Assembly (NCBI GenBank): GCA_002781185.1
Contig: PEUU01000020.1
Coordinates: 1 to 58,711, forward strand
Direction: 5' to 3'
DNA: 58,711 bases
Source: Candidatus Jorgensenbacteria bacterium CG03_land_8_20_14_0_80_38_39
GTDB taxonomy: Bacteria > Patescibacteriota > Minisyncoccia > UBA6257 > GWB1-50-10
The position numbers were made by a program, and so were the translations under genes. Under the pieces are notes generated by a model. The model made no database searches. It saw only the letters and a list, made by a program, of their open reading frames with translations, and had not been told where the DNA came from. Below, piece after piece: positions 52,401 through 58,711 of this stretch (position 1 is the first letter of the stretch; each line of letters begins with the position of its first letter).

Positions 52401-54785
52401 GCCGGTATCATTGCCTTTGGGATCATACATAATTTCCGTAATTTTTATTTCTGCCACAGCTTGCTGTTGATTGTTGGTTGTTTGTTGTTGGTTATTAGTT
52501 GACGTCCCGCCGCCTCCACCACCGCTTGTAGAAATTGGCGCTAATTGTGTATTTTCCTGCCGAGGCGTCCCGCCGCTCGTAGCCGAAGTGTGCCAACCAC
52601 AAGGCGCGGACAAATGCGGACTAGACGCGGACTCATACGGACAAATATCCCGTTCCATTGTTTTTCTTTCGGTCGCCGAAGTATTATCGCCGGCCGGCCA
52701 GTTAGGATTAGCCAAAACTTCGTCAATCAAATTACATTGCTCATCAAAAAGCCTTAATCCTTCATCAGAATTGGACAAAACGCCTGTATAAACAAAGTCG
52801 GCCGTGATTGTCGGCAGAGTATTGTCCTTAGTCCTTTCCAAAAGATAAAAACCGCCAGCAAGAATTTTTTTGTTAATGATTTTGCGATTGTCTGGCTGAC
52901 CAAAAACTACTTTAATCTGCTCTCCTTTGTCAATTAATTGCCAGCCGTTTAAATCAACTTCGCTGTTAGAAATATTTTTCAATTCAATCCATTCATCGCT
53001 GGCGTTGTTTGAAGTCCCCATCCAAGCAACTTCATTAATAATAACTTTTTGATGAGAGGGCGATTGACCAGTGGCAAAACTGCAAGGTTTAAAAGTTGGA
53101 GATGAAATTTTAGATTGATCTTGCAGTGAAGTATCAGAAACTTTTGACAGGGATGAGGTCGATGAAGTCGCTGATATCGATGATGTCGCTGCCAGCAATG
53201 GCGAAGTTTCTTCAACAACTTTTTTCTCCAATTCCTTTGAACCCAAAACTTGATATTTGAGTTTGGCGGAAATTTTGCCGCTGGCTAAATCAGCCGCCGA
53301 GTAAAAATATGTTCCCAAAGCTGCATCTAACGGCACTAAGTAAACATAGTCATAATTGCCTTTGGTATCGCTTAAAATTGAAATCTCAATTTTTTTATTC
53401 GGCGCCGGCGGCTCAAGAGATATCAAAACCCGACTATTGGGCGTAAATCCCTGACCGCGCTGATGAATTACTTCTCCTTTTTTTACTTCAGTTTTGTCAA
53501 GAGAAATTTTGGGGTCAATGATAGGGAGGACAATGGTTGTTTGTTTTTCTTCTCTGGTTGAAGTTCCAAAATTTTTATTTTCTGGCTGTTGGGAATTGAC
53601 CAAATCCGGCGTGTTGAGGGGGATTTCTTTAACCAAATTCCGCGGTCCTTGATTACTAAAAACACTGGAGAAGGTTTCACTAATGGTAGAAGCAACATTA
53701 CCGACAACATTACTGACAGCGCTCATCACCTGTCCAAAAAAGGACTTCTTTTCTTGAATATTTTCTTGAATAATTTCCGGGCTATTTTTTGCTTTTTCAA
53801 CTTCTTGGAAGAAAAGATTAATCACACCAGCGCCATATTGAACGGATTTAGTGGAAAGACGAGACCAGTAATTTTCTAAAACTATATCTGATTCTAATGT
53901 CGCATCGAATTTTATTGAGAATAAGATATTTGGAATTGATTTTCTAAATAAATAATAGTCCCCAAATTCACTATCAATTTTTGTAGGATACAAATATTTA
54001 TCTATTCTTACCTCATAATCTGGTTGTGGTAATTCGTATCCGCTTTGTGTTCCAATTGTATCCTTGCTGTAAAAATTATTATTTGAATATTTCGCTAATT
54101 CATCAAAATAAGAATTTAGATTAGAAAAAATTATTGGGGATTTATTTTGCAATCTTTGGTCTAAATTATTATCAGAATTAGAAAGAGTATATTTTTGAGT
54201 ATAGTTTTCATAAGGACTATTTCCAGGATGAGGGTCATTTCTTGTATGGTCTGGCACCGAAGTATCTTCAATTAAATGCAAAATATGGCCGAGGGTAAAC
54301 ATTGCTTTTTCTTTTTCACCTTGAACATAAAATCTAATCGCTCTTTGCCAGGTAAAATCGGTTTCAGTTGAAAGCACAGTGATTTTTAACTGTTGGACAG
54401 CTGTTAAAATTGAAGCAATGGTTGCCGGCACTTTATAAGTCAAATTGTTTTGATTACTGCTATCCTGCGCCCAATTTTTTGATTTTTGCCAGGTACCTAC
54501 ATTAACCAAGGGGTCAATGGCTGGATCATAAGTAAGCCCGCGATTATACACCGGGTCATAAAAATGGTTCATCCAGCGCGGAATATCATCCTCGTGCCGC
54601 GAACCATCTAATAAATAAGAAACCAAGTCATCAGAAATTTTATTATTCGGAAAATTTTGATTATAAAGCTTAACAACTTCTTCTGTTAAAAAGGCGTGTG
54701 TTTCCACGTCATAAGCAAAAGCGTTATGAGCATAAAAAATTAAAAGACCGGAAATGATAATTAATAATTTAAATTTAAACTTCAT
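49461..54785 (-). CDS. Giant secreted multidomain protein (Zn-dependent phospholipase C / nuclease P1-like N-domain, 3 lamin-tail domains, PKD, FN3-like)
   Basis: 1774 aa with a signal peptide. His/Asp-rich N-domain motifs are HEDDIPRWMNHFYDP and HLIEDTSVPDHTRNDPH. LTD-like segments are INEVAWMG…DEWIELKN (aa 578-), ITEIMYDP…REWIEIFN (aa 778-) and ISEIQIRG…DEFIELYN (aa 1020-). A PKD-like segment is WDFGDGATS (aa 925-1012). Poly-Gly and Asn/Gln linkers are present. Confidence 0.75.
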   Translation of the reverse strand: MKFKFKLLIIISGLLIFYAHNAFAYDVETHAFLTEEVVKLYNQNFPNNKISDDLVSYLLDGSRHEDDIPRWMNHFYDPVYNRGLTYDPAIDPLVNVGTWQKSKNWAQDSSNQNNLTYKVPATIASILTAVQQLKITVLSTETDFTWQRAIRFYVQGEKEKAMFTLGHILHLIEDTSVPDHTRNDPHPGNSPYENYTQKYTLSNSDNNLDQRLQNKSPIIFSNLNSYFDELAKYSNNNFYSKDTIGTQSGYELPQPDYEVRIDKYLYPTKIDSEFGDYYLFRKSIPNILFSIKFDATLESDIVLENYWSRLSTKSVQYGAGVINLFFQEVEKAKNSPEIIQENIQEKKSFFGQVMSAVSNVVGNVASTISETFSSVFSNQGPRNLVKEIPLNTPDLVNSQQPENKNFGTSTREEKQTTIVLPIIDPKISLDKTEVKKGEVIHQRGQGFTPNSRVLISLEPPAPNKKIEISILSDTKGNYDYVYLVPLDAALGTYFYSAADLASGKISAKLKYQVLGSKELEKKVVEETSPLLAATSSISATSSTSSLSKVSDTSLQDQSKISSPTFKPCSFATGQSPSHQKVIINEVAWMGTSNNASDEWIELKNISNSEVDLNGWQLIDKGEQIKVVFGQPDNRKIINKKILAGGFYLLERTKDNTLPTITADFVYTGVLSNSDEGLRLFDEQCNLIDEVLANPNWPAGDNTSATERKTMERDICPYESASSPHLSAPCGWHTSATSGGTPRQENTQLAPISTSGGGGGGTSTNNQQQTTNNQQQAVAEIKITEIMYDPKGNDTGREWIEIFNAGTSTVNLDGWKFSEGGSNHLLLVYRGSLTISPSEYAIIVDNPEKFLTDWSNYSGTIIDSSFSLNNTGETIAIKNGDLIVDQVNYQSSWGANDNGKSLQLINNEWKEIQPTPGQQNQISSTNQAPSAFFVYAPQNPQVDEEIIFDAASSTDDGQIVFYQWDFGDGATSTISTATTTHFYSQAGSYPVSLIIFDEQNASSTATSTTISVNSAQPAGVNHIVISEIQIRGDTANDEFIELYNPTNRNIPLDNFSIQYLSGTATSTDKIIKKNFSNGHQIAAKSFFLLINSNATSSLKDKSDMTYSGFSLSGNSSGATIFLVGTTTPIFDISESEIIDSFSYGAPLLSVSTATSTVPEANKSLERKAWQSNQCVSSQLDNEFLGNGCDTDSAADFEIRNTPHPQNSANLAEPREKPSINNLQAAYSPNPKIDFSWNVSIDAEGATSTNIYSFYDITDGNSTLLYKSSSSLAYSYGINEIGKNYEFQFEVQDRDGFANYSTTTIFAQSFFDGVYFYRDPRPGSDNYFVDLVTSSSRPLWDKNDTTNNQNWKLVMFYLNHDAPKQQTFDTAHWLTPEDPNFLSLKYNACHGYGPSSSPSLLIPWNNYSCQPGGPLSSAYSFGDLEDKRFNIKTASSVSDVAFSPADYLTLAFYDFGGGGGGNQYFNLAAVDKTKYYFQNEPPIHQPPSSPGPVTAVFNNNNDDPQVIVNWSGSNDPDTLDRLISYETNYALLNEPLASSSWQSLTRGIASQQISGLTLTEGQTYEIAVRAKDDFNLYSEIATTTFQMPILPLTLIDYSQGGDRPDGSNDWPLGYRECSRAAEKIKFNQTVKLDSYKIWLEQSGQNGYNARVSLVKASSTDENQPSADPADIISTDLVPHERIMPSWTFDLFNFNKSNNNIILSANQTYYLVVEGDNCQPGNSDVSSYEYHLSVKTFHNSPNSGNLYISDIFETKGSWTRFWDWRDISLILKGTIIP

Positions 54786-54796
54786 TATCTAAAACA

Positions 54797-55384
54797 TTAC
54801 AAACTTTCGATTCCCCAAACCTGGGAGTAGGTGTTGAAATGTAAATTAATATCAGCTTCTAATTCTTTTGGTTTATCTTTTTTATATACAATAAACCAAG
54901 CAGTGTTTTCTATTGTTGTAATTTCTTTATCTGGTACAGCTCGTGAAACAATATCAATAATATTAGATAATTGTCCTGTTTCCTTTTTTTGTTTTAGGAC
55001 TTCTATCCATTTCGGATCAGCACTCCCATCCTCTCTCAGCACAAAATACTTACTCGCCAGCCCAATGTCTTCTTTTTTCAATGCCTCAATAAACATTTTC
55101 AAAGTTTCTTCCGGAGTTTTGCCGCCGTAGGTGTCTTCCTTCATTGCTTTTTCATAGTTTGTTTGCCAATTAAGATATTTTTGGTAATTTTCCTGCGTCT
55201 GCCGTTCCAATTTCGCCTGGGGGCTAAAATATTTATTCCAAACAAAAAAACCGGCGCCAGCAATCACCATAATTCCCAAAAATCCCGCAATAAATTTCCA
55301 GTATCTTCTTTTCGTTGGTTTAATTTCTGAGTCTTTATTATTTTGATTTTGCTCTATTCCTGATTCAAAATTTGAAATTTCCAT
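54797..55384 (-). CDS. Membrane-anchored hypothetical protein
   Basis: The ATG at 55384 (MEISNFESG) is preferred over the GTG at 55405. It has a single TM segment and lies directly upstream of the giant gene. Confidence 0.5.
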   Translation of the reverse strand: MEISNFESGIEQNQNNKDSEIKPTKRRYWKFIAGFLGIMVIAGAGFFVWNKYFSPQAKLERQTQENYQKYLNWQTNYEKAMKEDTYGGKTPEETLKMFIEALKKEDIGLASKYFVLREDGSADPKWIEVLKQKKETGQLSNIIDIVSRAVPDKEITTIENTAWFIVYKKDKPKELEADINLHFNTYSQVWGIESL

Positions 55385-55467
55385 AGTAAAAAATCGCCCC
55401 CTCACTAGGCCTTTAATAAATTATAGCAAATTGCTTTCAAGCCTTCTTAGCCAAGCCTGTGGATAAC

Positions 55468-55507
55468 TTTAGTCAACAAACTCACGATCGTGAGTTTGTT
55501 GACTAAA
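55468..55507. repeat. Perfect 40-bp palindrome (C-type), downstream of paralog C
   Basis: tttagtcaacaaactcacgatcgtgagtttgttgactaaa. Confidence 0.95.
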
Positions 55508-55526
55508 CTGTTACCGTCCGTCAATT

Positions 55527-55562
55527 ACAGCCAATGATTTAACTAACAGCCAATGATTTAAC
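55527..55562. repeat. 17-bp direct repeat x2 (19-bp period)
   Basis: acagccaatgatttaac occurs at 55527 and 55546. Confidence 0.85.
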
Positions 55563-55602
55563 ACTTAATTATTTAACATTTAATTTATTTACGTTAAGAA
55601 GT

Positions 55603-56190
55603 TTAAAGATTTAATTTCTTTAATGTTCCCGTTTGAGTAATTTTAAAGATATGTACAGAATCAATTAAATCTAATTCTGCTAAAGCGTTTAAAAACTCTT
55701 CTGGCAATTTATTTCTGCCAATCCAGACGCTTTTCTGAAGCATTGTAAACCCCAAAGCCAATAAAGTAGATCTCAGCCAATCTCGTTTTGCTCTGTGTTT
55801 TTCAGGAATGTCAAAAACAATGAGATTTATATCATTGTCTTTTTCGTGTCTAACATTAAATAGAGGAAAGTGAAAGGTAATTTTAATTTTTTCTAATTTT
55901 TCCCTACCTAAAGATGTAATCGTCCACCATGTTTTGTTTCCCTTTTGCTTCTTTTCTACAAAGCCCTGCCTTTTTAACCTTGAAAGCAAACTATAAAATT
56001 TATGTTTTTCTTTTTGTAATAATTTAGGATTGATTCTTGTTGTGTCCGTTTTAGAGAAATCGGGGAGCGTCGGATAAAATACCCTCCTTTTCATTTTTTT
56101 GTAATCATAACCGCTAAGAAATATATTAAGGAGAGATTCAGTTATCCGTCCAGTCTTTTTTAAAATTTCCAAAATTAATTGAGTTTTCAT
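55603..56190 (-). CDS. PaaX-like protein: winged HTH + Cas2-like domain (paralog C)
   Basis: 195 aa. The wHTH segment is LSRLKRQGFVEKKQKGNKTWWTITSLGREKL. The Cas2/PaaX-like motif is INLIVFDIPEKHRAKRDWLRSTLLALGFTMLQKSVWIG. Confidence 0.65.
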   Translation of the reverse strand: MKTQLILEILKKTGRITESLLNIFLSGYDYKKMKRRVFYPTLPDFSKTDTTRINPKLLQKEKHKFYSLLSRLKRQGFVEKKQKGNKTWWTITSLGREKLEKIKITFHFPLFNVRHEKDNDINLIVFDIPEKHRAKRDWLRSTLLALGFTMLQKSVWIGRNKLPEEFLNALAELDLIDSVHIFKITQTGTLKKLNL

Positions 56191-56236
56191 AATTAGTATT
56201 TATTTAATCTTATTTTAATCCTATTTTATTCTTAAA

Positions 56237-56278
56237 TTTTAGTCAACAAACTCACGATCGTGAGTTTGTTGAGTAAAA
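56237..56278. promoter_or_regulatory. 42-bp palindrome (one mismatched pair), C-type, upstream of paralog C; candidate operator
   Basis: ttttagtcaacaaactcacgatcgtgagtttgttgagtaaaa. Confidence 0.6.
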
Positions 56279-56435
56279 TGGAAAGCAACGGAAGCCGAAG
56301 AATTAGTAAATAATAAAATATAAAACTGAGGCAGAGTTAGTAAATAATAAAATAGTGGAAAGTGACGAAATTCGGATTAATAAAATAGTAAAAAGCGACA
56401 AAATTCGAATCAATAAAATCCTAAGTAATAAAATA
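56279..56435. repeat. Degenerate tandem array of about 33 bp period (4-5 units), each ending aataaaat(a)
   Basis: aataaaata occurs at 56312, 56347, 56379, 56412 and 56427. Units 3 and 4 (gtggaaagtgacgaaattcggattaataaaata / gtaaaaagcgacaaaattcgaatcaataaaat) are about 70% identical. Confidence 0.7.
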
Positions 56436-56723
56436 ACGAACAGAAGTCATTTTTAAAATAGTCGTGAATATTTAAGACAGTTTGATGGCCTCAGCAATGG
56501 TGAAGTGGCTTCAGTGTAGTTATTAATATAGAAACCTGATTTAAAAAAAACCTACAAGATTCCAGCCATACTCAACATACCCAAAAAATTCCTATTAAAT
56601 AATCCTGCCCCTCTATAAATTTTCGCATATTTTTTACTAATGTTGCTTTTTAACAAAAGCAGCAGTTTTTTATCATAAATTCTTGATTTTCCATACGCCG
56701 CTAATAAGGATGGTATAAAAATT

Positions 56724-56749
56724 AAAATCTCCGCTAAAGCGGAGATTTT
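56724..56749 (-). terminator. Intrinsic terminator after rplU
   Basis: aaaatctccgc-taaa-gcggagatttt is followed by a T-rich run on the minus strand. Confidence 0.75.
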
Positions 56750-56752
56750 AAT

Positions 56753-57061
56753 TCAGCTTATTTTAGAAATTTCTACTTCAGTATACGGCTGACGATGGCC
56801 TTTTCTGCGGCGATAACGAGTTTTGGAATGATAGCGAAAAACAATTTTCTTTCTCTCTCGGCCAAGCTTCAAAACATCAGCCTCTACCTTTGCGCCCTCA
56901 ATATAAGGCTGACCGATTTTTAACTCTTTGCCGTCAGATTTTAAAAGCACCTTGTCAAAAATTAATCGGCCGCCGGGTTCGGTATTGGCCTTTTCAACTC
57001 TGATTTTTTGCTCAGCTGAAACTCGGTATTGCTTCCCGCCCCACTCAATTACTGCCCACAT
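56753..57061 (-). CDS. rplU: 50S ribosomal protein bL21
   Basis: 102 aa starting MWAVIEWGGKQYRV, with a basic C-terminus. No rpmA follows it. Confidence 0.9.
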   Translation of the reverse strand: MWAVIEWGGKQYRVSAEQKIRVEKANTEPGGRLIFDKVLLKSDGKELKIGQPYIEGAKVEADVLKLGRERKKIVFRYHSKTRYRRRKGHRQPYTEVEISKIS

Positions 57062-57741
57062 TATCTTTCAAAATGGTCCTTAACCCTTGAGACTAAATTA
57101 GCGGCGTAATCTTTGCCTCCTAAACCGAAAGCAATGCCGCCAGCCAAAGCAACCAACGCCACAAAACCCGTTACCAAAGCATTGATGATAGCCACCGCTA
57201 CTCCTAATTGAGACAAGGCGGCCAAAGAACCAAAAACCACAACTGCCCACCAGGTTAAAGAACCTAAAAAGTAGGCGGAGTGAAGTTTAGCGCTTTTGAC
57301 CGACATCCGCACCAAATGTTTCAAAAAGTTGGCGATGACTACCGAAACCAGCATAATTAAAACAGCTACAACAATGCTGGGGATGTAAAGCAAAATATCC
57401 CTTAAGAACCCGGAAAGAGCGTAAAATCCCAAAATATCCGAAGCCGCCAGCAAAAAGACAACAACAATAAACCAATAAACAATTTTGCCGAAAAATTTAC
57501 CGGTGTTGATATTTAAACCAGCGCGGTCAAAATATTCTTTGAGTCCTACGCTAACCAGGACTTTATCCAATTTCAGCAAACTAATAAGCTTTTCTACCAA
57601 AGAGGCTAACCCGGCCGCAATCACCAAACCAACCAAAAAAACAATGAGCGCGCCTAAAATGCTGCCTAAGGCTTTAATGACGCCCCACCAGATTTCCTGC
57701 AACGAATTCACCACTAACGCTGTCCAATCTTGAATAAACAT
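57061..57741 (-). CDS. Membrane protein with conserved TM-helix repeats (mechanosensitive-channel-related family)
   Basis: 226 aa with repeated long hydrophobic helices. The N-terminal QEIWWGVIKALGSILGALIVFLVGLVIA pattern is present. Confidence 0.5.
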   Translation of the reverse strand: MFIQDWTALVVNSLQEIWWGVIKALGSILGALIVFLVGLVIAAGLASLVEKLISLLKLDKVLVSVGLKEYFDRAGLNINTGKFFGKIVYWFIVVVFLLAASDILGFYALSGFLRDILLYIPSIVVAVLIMLVSVVIANFLKHLVRMSVKSAKLHSAYFLGSLTWWAVVVFGSLAALSQLGVAVAIINALVTGFVALVALAGGIAFGLGGKDYAANLVSRVKDHFER

Positions 57742-57843
57742 ATTTTATTTTAACAAACTTCTGTTCAATTTCGACCTTTTGAAATAATTTCTATAATGCT
57801 AGCATAAAGACCGGACAAAAACAACAATTTTTGCCATTTTCAA

Positions 57844-58671
57844 TTATTTTAGCACAAAAATTATCCAAAGAATAAGACTTAAAATCAAGGCAAAAATTTT
57901 TTCTTTTAAATTTTCTTTCCGAAAACTCTGCCAAAAAGTAAGCCGGGCCTTGCTTCTTTGACTATAAAAATGGGCGATAATTTGAGTTAGCTCATTAATA
58001 TCCGAAACTATTTTTAAAATTCTATTTTGGGCAACCGAAATTGTCCCCTTTTCTTCGGAAACAACAATTATGAAGGCATCGGTGTGCTCGGCCAAACCCA
58101 GAGCCGCCGCATGACGGGTCCCGAATTTTTTCGTCATCTCAAAATTTTCCGAAAGCGGCAGCTGAACGGCAAACTTATAAATTTTATTGCCCTCAATAAT
58201 AACCGCGCCGTCATGACCGGGCGTATGAGGATCAAAAATACTTTCTAAAACCTGTCCGCTGATTTCGCCGTTGAGCAAAAAACCGCCATGGCAAAAATCG
58301 CTAATTGGCTCGTAGCCGCGAAAAACAATCAGGGCTCCAAACTTTTTCTTCTTTAGATAATCAATGGCTTCAACAATTTCGCTGGAGATTTTTTCAGAAG
58401 CTGGCAGTTTCCGACCGTAATTAATCCAGCCAACAAAAATAAATTTAAAGAATCTTCTTATTTCATCCCGAAAGATGACAATTAAGGCAATTAAAAAAAT
58501 TGAAAAGAAATTGCTAAAAATTAAAGAAGTCAAATGTAAATTGAAAACTAGCGCCAAAATATAAATTAGAACCGAAATTAAAATGCCGCCGAAAATAAAT
58601 CGGGAACTGCTTTCTTTAAAAAGAATCAAAATGAAATAAAAGAGGATGCTGACAATTAAAATATCTAACAA
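57844..58671 (-). CDS. cdaA: Diadenylate cyclase CdaA (DAC domain)
   Basis: 275 aa with three N-terminal TM segments and DAC motifs HDGAVII, GTRHAAALG and VVSEEKGTIS. Confidence 0.85.
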   Translation of the reverse strand: MLDILIVSILFYFILILFKESSSRFIFGGILISVLIYILALVFNLHLTSLIFSNFFSIFLIALIVIFRDEIRRFFKFIFVGWINYGRKLPASEKISSEIVEAIDYLKKKKFGALIVFRGYEPISDFCHGGFLLNGEISGQVLESIFDPHTPGHDGAVIIEGNKIYKFAVQLPLSENFEMTKKFGTRHAAALGLAEHTDAFIIVVSEEKGTISVAQNRILKIVSDINELTQIIAHFYSQRSKARLTFWQSFRKENLKEKIFALILSLILWIIFVLK

Positions 58672-58711
58672 ACTGCTTAATGCCCCTATATTTATTAAAA
58701 GAGAAGGAAAA

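Noticed and set aside
35646-56190. Possibility that the Cas2-like proteins indicate a CRISPR-Cas locus
   Set aside because: No CRISPR array and no cas1 or effector gene lies next to any of the three paralogs. The motif equally fits the Cas2-like central domain of PaaX-type regulators, and each has an N-terminal wHTH.
56279-56435. The 33-bp periodic array as a CRISPR array
   Set aside because: Only a 9-nt core is conserved, the spacing is irregular (15-35 bp) and the units are degenerate. This is not the repeat-spacer structure of CRISPR.

Overview
This is a 58.7-kb, AT-rich, tightly packed window with about 90% of its genes on the minus strand. The gene content fits a Candidate Phyla Radiation / Patescibacteria (Parcubacteria-like) genome. 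Supporting features are rpoB and rpoC fused into one 2273-aa ORF, a split transketolase, and a minimal glycolysis/pentose-phosphate set (tpiA, fba, gap, rpe, rpiB, PfkB kinase). There is also a type IV pilus cluster (pilB, pilC, pilins) without outer-membrane parts, a serpin, ribosomal protein genes (rpsF-ssb-rpsR, rpmE, rplY, rplU) and cdaA. The ~3.6-kb 16S rRNA gene is interrupted by six insertions. Two of them carry ORFs: a LAGLIDADG endonuclease and a four-helix-bundle 'rRNA intervening-sequence' protein. The 16S 3' tail lacks the CCUCC anti-Shine-Dalgarno, and core genes lack SD motifs. Four signals look most unusual. (1) Three divergent paralogs of a wHTH + Cas2-like-fold (PaaX-like) protein are each bracketed by their own private 32-42 bp palindromes plus short locus-specific direct repeats. 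One palindrome set also brackets a 1774-aa secreted multidomain protein. (2) Short degenerate repeat families that build the stems of the 16S insertions also occur in frame inside housekeeping CDSs (tpiA, gap, rpe, the giant gene). One example is a 38-nt stretch of tpiA that is 34/38 identical to 16S insertion 3. (3) Four-helix-bundle ORF cassettes flanked by inverted heptamer arrays sit in 16S helix 6 and between the two transketolase halves. (4) An orphan AT-rich island at 40.6-42.1 kb carries two paralogous small-ORF/terminator modules and 11-bp iteron-like repeats. All calls come from reading the sequence and the ORF translations. No database search was run, and coordinates of RNA and insertion boundaries are approximate (+/- 10-20 nt).
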